Shown here: one piece after another, positions 27,391-40,555 of the stretch
How the letters are laid out: each line of letters opens with the position of its first letter
Position numbering within the stretch: the stretch's first letter is position 1
Assembly (NCBI RefSeq): GCF_006345805.1
Contig: NC_043012.1
Location: 7,378,001 to 7,442,000, forward strand
Reading direction: 5' to 3'
DNA length: 64,000 nucleotides
Source: Octopus sinensis
Taxonomy: Eukaryota
Program-made: the position numbers and the translations under genes
The notes under the pieces: generated by a model
Database searches by the model: none
What the model saw: the letters and a program-made list of their open reading frames with translations, nothing else
Told to the model about the DNA's origin: nothing

Positions 27391-28234
27391 CCTGTCAATT
27401 TCCTGCACATGAATGCTCCTGACGCTACACACTCTTAAATCCCCACATTATATTATTTTCCTACATGCGTCTTTCTCTGCGCATTGTGTGCATGCATGTA
27501 TCGCTATGTACTAAACATAGCCATTGTATGCGGTATAGAAAATGCATGATGCGCAACGGATGTATCATGTAACCACTATTCCTTTTCATAATGTAAACAT
27601 AATATCTTTACAAATACGGTAACAGGAAGTCGCTATATCCTATGGTAAACAGTAGAATAACTACATGTTGCCTTCCTTGGTTACATTTCTGCTATTGTAT
27701 TAGGGAATGTGGCATGATTGAATATTTGTTACTATAAAACGAGAAGTCTTCTACTTCACGAAAGGGAACAAGACTTATTAGAAAAGAAAAGAGTAAAGTA
27801 CAGAGATGGAGGCACCAAAGTGAATGACGAGTAGCAGCCGCGAGACGAACAAGGTGGACCTGAGACAACTAACCATATAGCCCTAACCCTAAACCTCACC
27901 CAAACACACATACATACAGGAGCACGTATACAGATGCCCAACGCACAGACGTACACGCATACACAGACCTTCACACACACACACGCAGATACATAATGGT
28001 GAAAAGAGGACAAGTTGGGAATTTATGGCAGTCGAGAAGGCATAACGGTTAAATAAAGTTTATCACAGTTACAGAAAATTAAATCGACATTAAGTTATGT
28101 TTGTTTACACATGTTATACATCAAAATGCATTTTTAGTCAATATATTCATAAAAGCAAAACTTACAAACAATTTCCAGTGAAAAACACGACAAATATTTC
28201 AGGTTGAAGAAGTAGAAATTCCCGCGTTGATACA

Positions 28235-28259
28235 GACGACAATCCCACCATGCTTTGCG
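28235..28259 (+). promoter_or_regulatory. Staf/ZNF143-binding-site-like motif; diverged duplicate at 31741-31757
   Basis: GACGACAATCCCACCATGCTTTGCG versus the consensus ACTACAATTCCCA.NATGC.TTGCG, next to an E2F-like TTCCCGCG. Confidence 0.45.
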
Positions 28260-28472
28260 AAAAGTCAGAGACCAATTTTCAGCCGCTATAGTTCCGTATT
28301 TGCAAAGTGATAAATTATTATACAAACTACAGTTTATTTTGACAACTAACAAATAATACTTGTAAGAATTATTCTTTCTTAAAGTAAATATAATTTCAGC
28401 ATATATGAGACATGTTTCTAAGATTTTGTTGTTAATATATATATATATACAATAAGTTATACCGTATATACT

Positions 28473-28880
28473 TTTTACTTCTTTTACTTGTTTCAGTCAT
28501 TTGACTGCGGCCATGCTGGAGCACCGCCTTTAGTCGAGCAAATCGCCCCCGGGACTTATTCTTTGTAAGCCCAGTACTTATTCAATCGGTCTCTTTGCCG
28601 AACCGCTAAGTGACGGGGACGTAAACACACCAGCATCGGTTGTCAAGCAATGCTAGGGGGACAAACACAGACACACAAACCATATACACACACACTTATA
28701 TATAATATACATATATACGACAGGCTTCTTTCGCAGTTTCCGTCTACACAATACACTAACAAGGCATTGGTCGGCCCGGGGCTATAGCAGAAGGACACTT
28801 GCCCAAGATGCACGCAGTGGGACTGAAACCCGGAACCATGTGGTTGGTTAGCAAGTACTTACACACAGCCACTCCGCGCC
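28473..28880 (-). mobile_element. SINE family A, full length with 8-bp TSD (TATATACT), inserted in the end of a Tc2/pogo-like element
   Basis: TATATACT at 28465-28472 and 28881-28888; flanks read TACCGTATATACT..GGGGTGCGACTTATA. Confidence 0.85.
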
Positions 28881-29389
28881 TATATACTCAGGTATTTTTT
28901 CCCCTGAAATTTTCACCTGAAGTGGGGGTGCGACTTATAAGCGCCTCCTATAAAAATCCTAAGATTTTTCCAGAAAGACTTCTGTTCTTCGCCCCGCCAT
29001 TTTTCCCAAATTTGAAACCGTCATAAAAACCATCGTGTCTTAACATAACTTCATACACTTATGTATGTCACCAGTGACGGTTTGATGAATAATAATAAGA
29101 TCTAGAGCTGTTAGAAATAGCAGCCAAATGCCCCTTACAATAATACCATTGTGTCTTTAAATTCCTACATATTCTTTTGTTTTGGCATGGCTAAACAATT
29201 ATTTGATACTAGATGGAAAAATTATATAAAGTCTTTGAAGCATTGTATTTTGGGAATTATATTTTGGCATTGCAGAGATAAGCTGTATCTTTTTTCTGCT
29301 CCAATACCATCATTACATAACTTTTTTTAAAAAATAGATTAGAGAATATTAACTTCTTTATATTGGAGAATTTCTGAAGAAATCTATCC

Positions 29390-31595
29390 ATCTCCTTCCA
29401 TCCATCCATATCCATCCATCCATCTACAATCAACACATCCATCCATCCCTCCATTCATCCATCCATCTATCCATCCATAATCCCCATCTATCCTATCCGC
29501 CATCAATCCATCCATCCCCTCCATGTCCATCAATCTATCATCATCCATCCATCCATCAATCTATCAATCCATCCCATCCATCCATCTATCCATCCCTATC
29601 ATGCCATCCATCCATCTATCCATCCATCCATCAAACCATCAATCAATCCTATCCATTCATCCATTCCATCCATTCCATCCATCCATCCATCTATCCATCA
29701 TCCATTCATCCATCCATCCGTCCATCCATGCATCCATCTACATCATCCATAATCAATCCATCCATCCATCCATCCATCTATCCATCCATGCAATCCATCA
29801 TCAATCCATCCATCCATCCATTCAATGCATCATCCATCTATCCACCCTCATCAAACCATAATCCACAATCCATCCACTATCCATTCATCCATGCATCCAT
29901 CACTCAACCAATCCATCCATCAATCCACACATCCATCTAGTCATCCATCCATCCTTCCATCCAACCATCCATGCATCCATCCATCAATCCATCCATCCAT
30001 CCATCCATCCATCAATCCACCTATCCATCTATCCATCCATGCATGCATCCATCCATCCATCCAACCATCTTTCCATCCATCCATCCATCCATCCCTCCAT
30101 CCATCAAAGCATCCATCCATCCATCTATACATCCATCCATGCATCCATCCATCTATGCATGCATGCATCCATCCATCCATCCATGCACGCATCCATCCAT
30201 CCATCCATCCATCCATGCATCCAACCATCCATCAATTCATCAATCCATTTATCCATCCATCCATCCATTTATCCATCCATCTATCCATTCATCCATTCAT
30301 CCATCCATGCATACATCCATTCATCCATCCATCTATCCATCCATCCATCCATTCATGCATCCATGCATCTATCCATCCATCCATCCATCCATCCATCCAT
30401 GCATTCATCCATCTATCCATCCATCCATGCATCCAACCATTTATCCATCCATCCATTTATCCATCCATCTATCCATCCATCCTTCAATCTATACATCCAT
30501 CCATCTATCCATCCATCCAACAATTTCCGACCTGTGGGGTTATGTCGAACAACTGCTGTCACATGTGGGACGAGTCAGTTTATCAGCTGAGTCTATCGTC
30601 AATATTGTCACGCCTCCTTCCTTCAAACGGGAAGGAAGAGCTATTTTCATCATCCTTGTGGCTATTGCGAAAGAATGTATCTGGTGGACACGTCTGAAAG
30701 GATTGGAGACAAACACTTTCCTCTCTGGTCAATCTTCATCAACTTCTTCAAGTGCTACTTGAAAAGGAAAGTGAGAGTAGAGAGGCAAGTTTTTGTCTAG
30801 CGAATGTTTAAAAAAATGGGTGAATGTAGCAAGGATGGCACGTATGAATGACGAAGCCACCTTGAGCATGATCCTATGAACCCAGAAATTGAAAAACTGA
30901 GGGTTACCCACTTGCAAACAAATGTGGTAACATATAACAATATGACCAAGGTTACCATGGTCTTTTCGTAGGCTTTTCTCCCACGGATAAACCTTACTTG
31001 CTTTCCCTTTACACCATATATCATAACACTGTGATAAACGATCCCTATTGATCGTTTTTTTTCCTCTCTCCCTTTTTTTCCCCTTTTTTCTTCTTCTTTT
31101 TTCATTTCTCCTTTCTTTTGTTCCTTTTCCTTTTCTTTTTTTTTTTTTTTTTTTATTTATTTATTTTTTTTTGTTCTTTTCTTCTCTTTTACGATCCCTT
31201 TTGATCGAAAACCTACGCCATCCCTTTTTTTTGTTTCTTTTGTTTTTTTGTTTTTTTCATCCCCGAAAAGAAAAGCTCTACCTTGTATCTTGTCCCATCT
31301 GTGTGCAGCCCTGTGTGACCAATAAGAAACCTATCCATCAATCCCTCCATCCATCCATCCCTCTATCAATCCATCTATCAATCCATTCATCAATCCATCC
31401 ATCCATCAATGCCATCCATCCATCTACCATTCATCCATCCATCCATCATCCATCCATCCATCCCTCCCTCCATCAATCGATCAACCGAATCCATCCATCC
31501 ATCCACATCCATCCATATCATCCACCCATCTATCTATCCAGCAATCCATCATTCATCCATCCATCCATGCATCCATGCATCCATGCATCCATCTA
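29390..31595. repeat. Large (ATCC/ATCT)n microsatellite interrupted by a Tx1-like LINE
   Basis: Continuous CATC repeats at 29390-30518 and 31330-31595. Confidence 0.95.
30517..31330 (+). mobile_element. Tx1/L1-clade LINE 3' fragment
   Basis: ORF2 C-terminus [23 protein letters not shown]; T-rich 3' UTR; ends TTGTCCCATCTGTGTGCAGCCCTGTGTGACCAATAAGAAAC. Confidence 0.75.
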
Positions 31596-32009
31596 TAGTT
31601 CTGTATTTCCTCGGTGATAAATTAATCCATTGTAAATTAAATTATATACATTTATAGTTTATTTTGACAAATAAACTAAGCTAAAATAAAATATTTCCAG
31701 GTTGAAGAGAAATTCCCGCTGTTGAAACAATAAAACAATAATCCCACAATGCTTGCGAAAAGTCAGAGACCAATTTTCAGCCGCTATATTTCCTTCTTCA
31801 TTAAATGCTAACGTTAACATACGCTTGACTATTGTTTGCCATGTGGATGTCGTCTCTCAGTAATTTCTCAATAAGTTTATTGTTGGTAAGTTTACAGGAG
31901 GTTGAATGATAGATATCCTATGTGTATGTATGTATATATATATATATATAAATAAATAAAAACTCTGTGTGTGTATGTATAAATAGATAGATAGATAGAT
32001 AGATAAATA

Positions 32010-32232
32010 TGTTTCTTTATTAGCACACAGGGCTGCACACACAGACAAAAGAACAAATTACAAGGTAGAGCTTTTCTTTTGGGGGTAAAAAAGGGGGTTG
32101 GGTTTTCGATCAAAAGTGATCATAAAAGGAAAGAAAGAGGAAAAAAAAATAGATATAGATAGATATTTTTCTTTATTAGCCACACTGGGCTGAACACAGA
32201 GGGGACAAATTACAAAGTAGAGCTTTTCTTTT
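32010..32232 (-). mobile_element. Two short 3'-end copies of the Tx1-like LINE, each within (GATA)n
   Basis: Both match the 3' UTR of 30517-31330 (AAAGAAAAGCTCTAC.TTGTA..TAATAAAGAAA). Confidence 0.8.
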
Positions 32233-32984
32233 AGAGAGATAGATAGATAGAGACAGACAGGACAAGGTATTTTGGATTCATTCTGCCTAGCTACTTGCTT
32301 ATACTGATGCAAAATAGGACTTCCTTTCAAGTGTGTGTATGTATGTATGCATGTGAAAATATGTTTGTGTGCATAATTTGCTTATGCATGTAATATTGTT
32401 AAAGGCAGATAGATTAATTAGCATTTAACAAATGTCCAGTAGGTGTTATCTACTTCTCTCTCTCTCTCTCCTCTCCCCTCTCTCTCCTCTCCCTTCTCTC
32501 TCCTACACATTCTCTCTCTCCCTCCCCTCTCTCTCTCTTTCTCTCTACTTTTCCTTTATCTTTTCTACCTCCTTCCTGTTCATGGTGCAATAGGTGTCCA
32601 AGTGTGTGCTAGAAATTCTCAAATATATGCCATATGTTCCTGTGGTTTACATTAAGCACAACTGCGAAACTGCATTCTATTAAAGAAAAGCCGAACCATA
32701 ATACTAAGATAACAACCAAGCAGCATTCTCTAGACTAGCTAGGAACAGCTTGTGTGATAATCACATGATAAATTCATATGGGAGCACAGGAATTGCCATC
32801 TGCCCTTTCTTAAGCTCTTATTGAAAGGTGTATTTCGTATGAAAGTACATACTTCTGTATAACTTCTAAACTTCATATGGTAACTGGAAGCCAACGTGGA
32901 AGCTCCTACATGTTCACGAAGGCTAATGAGAGAGCCTTCTATATATATATTATAATATATATATTTATAATAATATATCCGAAT

Positions 32985-33262
32985 CATGGCCGAAGCCATT
33001 GCCATTCGACTGGCTTCCATGCCGGTGGCAAGTAAAATGCACCAATCCGACCGTGGCCAATGCCAGCCTCACCTGGTACCAGTGCAGGGGACGTAAAAGC
33101 ACCCACTACACTCACGGAGTAGTTAGTTGGCGTTAGGAAGGGCATCAGCTGTAGAAACATTGCCAGATAAGAGCGGAGCCTGGTGCAGCCTTCTGGCTTC
33201 CCAGATCCCCGGTCGAACTGTCCAACCCATGCTGGCATGGAGAACGGACGTTTAACGATGAT
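32985..33262 (+). mobile_element. RTE LINE 3'-UTR fragment
   Basis: Same GGCACGTAAAA-repeat and GGACGTTTAACGATGAT tail as 25100-25480. Confidence 0.85.
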
Positions 33263-33357
33263 ATATATATATATGTATGTATGTATGTATGTAGTATGAA
33301 TGTATGTCTGTCTGTCTATATGTCTGTATGTCTGTAATGTATATATATATATATCTA

Positions 33358-35030
33358 TCATCATCATCGTTTAGCGTCCGTTTCCATGCTAGCATTGGTG
33401 GACGGTTTCTCTGGGGTCTGTGAAGCAGATGCTTCATCAGGCCCAGTCATCTCGCAGTGTTTCAAATGGATGCCCTTCCTAACGCCAACACTCCGTGAGT
33501 GTAGTGGGTGCTTTTAAGTGCCACGACAGGTGCCGCAGAGCTGGCAAACGGCCACGAATCGGGTGCTTTTTATGTACCACCGGCACAAAGGCCAGGCTGA
33601 GGCTGACAAACGGACACGAAACGGGGCGGTGCTGGCAACGGTCGCGAAACGGAAGGTTTTTCTCTTACATGCACCGGCAATGGTAACACATTTGCAATTC
33701 CATTGATCGATTCCACATTCTGTCTTACTGGTCAACGGTCTTTCACAAGTAGGGTCGTGCCACGGCACTGGACACATCTGCAATTTCCATTGATCGATTT
33801 CCTTCTGATCCTCACTTGCCTCAACGGGTAGTCACAGAGAGTATCGGAAGCCCCGGCACTGGTAACACATCTGCAATTTCCATTGATCGATTTCGATTTT
33901 GATCACTTGCCTCAACAGGGTCTTCACAAGTAGAGTTTTGTTTGTGTGCAAGACGGGAAGGATGCATAAGTAGGCTGCTCCATCCCAAAGAAGGCCACGT
34001 ATGGTCATTGTAATGCCGGGTCTTCTCGCGCACAGCACATCCAAGGCTCGGTCTCTAGTCATTTCTCAGTGAGACCTAATGTCGAAGGTGTGCTTCACCA
34101 CTCGTCCCAGGTTTCCTGGGTCTGCTCTTCCACAGGTTCCCTCATCCGCTGGGTGTGTGGGCACTTTCACACAACTATCGTCTCATTCTCGCCACATGAC
34201 CATACCAGTGCATCATCTCTCTTGCAACCACAACTGATGCTTCTTAGGTCCAGCTTTTCTCTCATAGGGTACTACACCTCTGTCGATTATGACACTGACA
34301 TTACACACCACGGAGCAAACTGGGCTTCATTTCTTGCGAGTACGCATATCCTCAGCAGTCACGGCCCAGTTTCACTGCCATGTGCATGGCGTTCGTACAC
34401 ATGAGCTCATAACAGTCTGCCTTTCACTCTGTGCGAGAGGCCTTTTGTCACCAGCAGGGGTAAGAGCTCTCTGAACTTTGCCCAAGCTATTCTTACTCTA
34501 GCGTACACTTCAGCACCCCCGCCCCCGCTGCTGACTTGGTCACCTAGGTAACGGAAACTTATCAACTATTCTAGTTTTTCTCCTGAAAGTGACGGAAGTT
34601 GGTTCAGAGCATTTTCAGTTGTTATTGTTCCTGAGCATTGCCACATACAAAAAACCATCTTCCTAGTTAGCCTTCCTTGACATTGTCTGACACCTCTTAT
34701 GTGTCCAAGCTTACATTGGTACATCTTATAGGTTTCTACCTACACCTTTCTACAGATCGAGCAGGGCCATCTACTGAAGGCGTTTGGATTGTCTACCACT
34801 GATTAGACTTTGGTTTAGCTAAGATTGACTCTGAGGCCTTCGATTTCTAATCCTTGTTTCCACCCCTGAAAACTCTCTCCAGTCTGATAGCGACCATAGC
34901 ACTTAGAAGCAAGGTCATCAGCATAGAGGAGCTCCCAAGGGCATCCTGTCTTGAATTCTCCGTTATTGCCTGAGAGGACTATGATAAATAGGAGGGGGCT
35001 GAGTACTGAGCCTTGGTGGAACCCCACCTT
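33358..35030 (-). mobile_element. RTE LINE, 5'-truncated (RT core to 3' tail), many indels
   Basis: GFHQGSVLSPLLFIIV, WELLYADDL, a Cys/His finger, FRYLGD and 3'-UTR repeats. Confidence 0.9.
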
Positions 35031-35096
35031 ACCGGAATTCTTCACCTGTATCGTTTCCAACCTACCCTACTGCAGCGTCTCTAGAAGCAGCGTCCA

Positions 35097-35148
<52 letters not shown>

Positions 35149-35896
35149 ATTATATAATATTATATATATATATATATTATATAGGGGTGAGCTGGCAGAA
35201 TCGTTAGCACGCCGGGTGAAATGCTTTGCAGTATTTCGTCTGCCACTGCATTCTGAGTTCAAATTCCGCCGAGTCGACTTTGCCTTTCATCCTTTAGGGG
35301 TCGATAAATTAAGTACCAGTTACGCATTGGGGGTCGATGTAATCGACTTAATATATATATATATATATATATATAATTGCATGCATGTATGCCATAGATA
35401 TTAGTGTTTAAATATTGTGTTAAAGATCATTTTGGATAGAAAAAGCAGAAAGCAGAAATTGCTTGTTTTACAATCAAATAGTTTTCATTAGTCCCACTGT
35501 GCAACACCTTCAGCAGTTGTCTTCTGCCTTAGCTTTGGAAGTGAATATGATAGAGAGAAACTCTACAGAAGTGTGTGTGTCCACACTTCCCTTGACAACT
35601 GGTACTAGTTGGTTTATGTTCTCTCTTTTATACTCATTTTCACCTTGGAAGAAATTAGCTGACATTGAATCTAGAAAGGAATTGGCTCTGCCAGACTTAA
35701 AATGCTTAAGACATGCCCACATATCTCTATGACTACGTCAGGTGTGAAGTTTTGAAGTTACTAAGCAGGAAGAATTATAATACTACATTTTACAGCTTAC
35801 ACTGAATAACAATGTTCAATAGCAGTGAGGCATAGACAATAACAGAAACACTGGATGAAGATATGATAGAGTTTCATTTATCCACCATAAGGTCTA

Positions 35897-36020
35897 GTCC
35901 TTGTTCCAGGGGGTGGTAGCTTGAGTACCTCAGTGAGCCCGTGAGTTATGCCAGTGGAGAACAAGCTCCTTGTAGACCTTCCAATGCTGGACAGGTCAAG
36001 GATAGAGGCCAGACTTAATA
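35897..36020 (+). mobile_element. Remnant resembling an RTE-clade 5' UTR
   Basis: CCTTGT..GCTTGAGTACCTCAGTGA..GAGTTATGCC..GGACAGGTC..AGAGGCCAGAC layout, recalled from RTE/BovB 5' UTRs. Confidence 0.4.
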
Positions 36021-38961
36021 TGGATTACCTATTCTCGGAGATAAAATATAGAAAAGAAGTATATATATAAATGCACATTAAGTACAGGATATCACCAAGT
36101 GAAAAAATATGTAAACAAATGAGAGATAAATACAGGACTAAATACCAAAAAAAATACAACAAGTACAGGACATCACCAACGAGTGAAAAACTACATAAAC
36201 ACACGAGAAAGATAAGTACAGGACAAATTCCAAAAGAAGATAACTTGCTCATCAGTTGTCACCTGTTTTACTACTCCCTATTTATGCTTTTAACAAGATA
36301 GGAAAACTTTATAAGACAGCAGCATCTAGAAATTTTAGAAATATAAAATTTGTGGAGATTTTGGGTTTGAATGAACAAACAACAAAGTAAACAATCGCCA
36401 AAGGCAAACATTAAGAGCCGTAAGGCCAATATGAATTGTAATGGGTAAGACAAAAACCAAAGTTATAGACGCATCAAAAATAAAATAAACCATCAAAACC
36501 TGAGAGAGGAAGACCTTCCCTCACGAAAACATTTGCCTACAAAGGTGATGGAAGAGAGGATGCCTAAAAATACCTGGAGGCTGGGTACTGAAGCAGAGCT
36601 GAGAAAGCAGGGATTCAATGAGAGAGAAGCAGAAAAGGCAGTTCACAGTCAAGAAGAGAAGAGGAAAGTCATTGATGACCAAGGGAATGAAAAAGGGCTA
36701 AAGAAAGAGTCTCTTTTATAATTTGCACTGAAAGTTCATCTTCCACAAACAATGTGTAATGAATACTTAATTGTAATGGCGCACACTATCTTACCTGACT
36801 AATAGAGCTTTGCATTCAAAAAGACTAGTTTTGACTGAACTTGCTTTCAGAAGTTCAGTGACCAGCCTATGAAACTCAGGAAAAAAGAAAAAAAAATCGC
36901 AAAAATCAAGCTACAGAATCTTGTGTTGAAAGTCTTACCAAAGGCATACATTCATGGGGTAATGATAGTTTAGCAAGATGTAATATCAGCTAACTTCAGT
37001 GAAACTGATGACCTCAGTACAAATAGGGGCCAATTTGTACAAGTGAATTGACTAATATAGAGTGCACATCATCTCTTAGAGTAGGCTACCTCTTATGAAG
37101 TGGAAGAGAAGGTTGAAAAAATATATCAAACTTCTCAAACAGAGTTGGCAAAAGCTTATCAGCAGCAAATAATGATCTAATTACATTTTTAAAGAAAGAG
37201 TGTAATATCAATCTTCGTGATAATTATAACTTATAAACTAAAAATAGACTTCCTATTTTCATACACACACAAATACATACATATTCATAGAGAGAGGAAG
37301 GTGGGAAGAAAGAGGACATTTAGATATATTTTTCGTGCATTTAATATATATCTTTCAGAAGTCAGACAAGTTTGAATATTTACAAATTCAGGTTCTCAAG
37401 GTAAGTTTTCACACTGCTCAAAAGTCAATTTCTGTTTGAAACTGGATTTAATTGTAACGAACCAATAACTATTTGAAGTTGATTTTGAACACATAAGTTA
37501 TAAATAACACTTCCCAGTGAAAGTTGAAATCCTCAAAAAAAAAAAAAAATCAATGCTAATGGGTTGGGACTACCAACGTTTCTATCTCTTTTGATTAATT
37601 CACATAGAAATATCATCAATAGGAGCAGGCATGGCTGTGTAGTTAAAAAGCTCACTTTGCAGTTATAAGGTTTTGGATTCAGTTCCACTGCACAGCAGCA
37701 TCAGCAGCTCTCAAAGTTAACCAATGTCTTGTGAGTGAATTTGGTAGATAGAAACTGTGTGGAAGCATGCCGTGTGTGTTTGCCTGTCCTGCACCCTCAC
37801 CACTTGACAACTGGTGTTGGTTAGTTTACATCTCTGTAACTTAGCAGTTAGGTAAAAGATACTGATAGAATAGGTACCAGGCTTAAAAAAATAAGTACTG
37901 GGGTCATTTTGTTTGATTAAATCCTGTAAGGTGTTGCTCGAGCATGGCCACAGTTCAATGATCGAAACAATTAAAAGATAAAAGAAATGATAAAAGAATT
38001 GTTGAAAGTTAAAAGAAGGAAGAATGAACAATAAAGAAAGAACACGATTAAAAGTTGGCACCACAGAAGAACAATTAAAGAGTGAAAAACAATGTGAATT
38101 TGACTTGCATAAAGTGATATGAGGGAAAGAATACTGCCAGATGCAGAGGATGAGGTAACTCACAAAAGATGTCCAATTCTACCTGTGAATATTTACATTA
38201 TGTTTTTCATTTTTGAATACCAGAAACTTTCATCAAAAGGAAACACAGATAAAGCACATTCCTTTTTGAATTACTCATTTTGATGACGGGGTGAAAATAA
38301 AAATTTATCATTTTGTTTAATATTATTTTTATTCATTTGAAAAATATACCCCCTCTCAAAGACTTAAAATTGTATGAAGAACGTTTTAAAAGTTAAGTAC
38401 ATCTTTTCTGTATGGTTTACTAGGTGGCTTCTGTTTCTCTGAGATCAGTCTATGCTACGAAGCAGTAAGAACTGCTCAAAAATCCCAGAGAAGTTGAATC
38501 AAAGGCAAGAATGGTTTCTACTTAAAACCCCCTTAATCTAGAAAATACAGTAGTTTAAATCAGCCCTTAAACATAACTGTTAGTGATTGGGGACCATGAA
38601 TTCCAAACCCCAATCTCTTAAGACAACATTAACAATATAGGTGAAATGGTTGTCAGTAGAAAGCCCATCGTCAAAATTCAAAGGAAGCTGTATGCATATA
38701 GCAAGCACAACAATCTCTATCATCTATCAGCTATTTTTCCTGGCTATCAGCTAATCTTATTATCAGCAACCCCACCACCATCACCAACACCAGCAACAAC
38801 ATCATCATCAATAGCATCATCAGCTTCAACAACATCAACAGCATCAAAAGCAACAACATCAACAGCAGCAGCAGCAGCAGCAACGACATCAACAATGGCA
38901 ACAATGACAGCTACAACTACATCAACAGCAGCAGCAGCAACAACAGCAGCAGCAGCAACAA

Positions 38962-38992
<31 letters not shown>

Positions 38993-39044
38993 TGTGGCAA
39001 CAACAACGATAATAAGTACAACAATGAAATTGTACGTCCATGGA

Positions 39045-39615
39045 AATATATTGGTTGTACCAGAAATTCATTCAAGAAATGTTTTTCCAGCCATCGATCC
39101 TCCTTCAGAGTCCCAGAAAGGCAATATGTAACAACGTTGTCCAGCCACATTTGGCAACTAAGAGACGATAGAGTTCCACACTCTCTCTCGTGGAAAATCT
39201 TTGAAAAACCCAGACCCCTCCATCAACAGGACGAAACACTGAAAGCTATGCCTAGCCAAACACACGAGAATCCTAAGGGACTCATTCAAGCCAGGGGCTA
39301 AACTTAACTCTAGAACGGAGATTTTCACTCCACGTTTGTATTTTAGGATATTTCTGCTGGCCTTTTGGGAACCGCTGGAAGTTAATAGCTAACAGGAGAG
39401 GGAGATAATCCCCTATTGTTTACCCTAACAGCTGAATGGTGGCAGTATGGTTGGAAGTCGATAGCCATTGGCAAAGGGAGATAATCCCAACTTTTCCGCT
39501 CCATATTTTAAAGAGGTCATAGGCCAATAGGTTTTGGGGTCTGACAATACACCATAAAGTTAAACCCTTTATGGACAAGAAACCTAGGGTAACCCCATAA
39601 ATTGGCCTTCACCAG
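39045..39615 (+). mobile_element. Penelope-like element 3' end (Nematis-like GIY-YIG) plus 3' region carrying a hammerhead
   Basis: KYIGCTRNSFK..SHRSSF..TTLSSHIWQL..SWKI..KLCL..LNSRTEI; HHR motif ~180 bp downstream. Confidence 0.8.
39521..39608 (+). ncRNA. Type I hammerhead ribozyme motif, G8A-mutated
   Basis: GGGGT-CTGACAA-..CCATAAAG/CTTTATGG..-GAAA-CCTAGG-GTA-ACCCC; outer stem AGGCCAAT/ATTGGCCT. Confidence 0.75.
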
Positions 39616-39667
39616 GGAAAATATATATATATATATATATAGCTTTGTTTATATATGTATGTATGTT

Positions 39668-39741
<74 letters not shown>

Positions 39742-40506
39742 AAGAGAAATGTATACACATGTATATATCATCATCACCACTTAGCAAGGACTTTATCAGC
39801 CTTCATATTCTAAATTGCTTTATCTATCATAATATTGTCAAATAGGATGGCTGAACCATTTGTCAGATCCATATTCAGAAGCCCCTCTTTCTCCTATGCA
39901 TTCTCAGCATTTATTAAACTTTCATAGCAGCACTTCTATGCCTTTTTCTTTTCAGAATCACTAAGTCCTAGTGTACCATTATTCATCCACACATATATCT
40001 CACCTCAATTCTTTCTGATACACTGTCTTGCAATCTTGAACGAGTACCATTTTTTATCTTCAAGTAGAACATTGACAAACCTCTTGCTTTCTATTTCTCC
40101 TTTTGCTATGTCAGCCTAATCTCTAATTTCTCTCCCAGCTACCTAATTCTCTGCTGTGTTCAATGTTCTAGACTTTGGTTCACGTTTATAGCTCTGTCAA
40201 TCTCAATTCCATCACCACATCCCCCTTGGCCTGGTCAGTAATTTGCACCAGCCACAGATTTGGTCTATACCCTCGGGGGTAGATTGTCCTGTAGGAAAAC
40301 CGAGTTGTCCTCTATGTAATACATCTATCTCCTCCTTTTTATCAAATGTTTCAACTAAGACATACCTAAATTTTTGACTGTTTGTTGTATCTTTAAGCTT
40401 TCATTGGCTTACATGTCTGGCTTCTTCTAGATCTAAGTCTGAAGTCACTAACCAGCAACCTATGTTTGTACTTCTTCACCAGGGGAAGAATTTACATTCA
40501 CTAGTA

Positions 40507-40555
<49 letters not shown>

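Noticed and set aside
29523-30762. His/Pro/Ser/Ile-rich ORFs up to 290 aa
   Set aside because: Translations of the (ATCC)n microsatellite; only the last part is LINE-derived.
38646-39131. Ala/Thr-rich 161-aa ORF
   Set aside because: (CAG/CAA)n simple repeat running into a PLE fragment in another frame.
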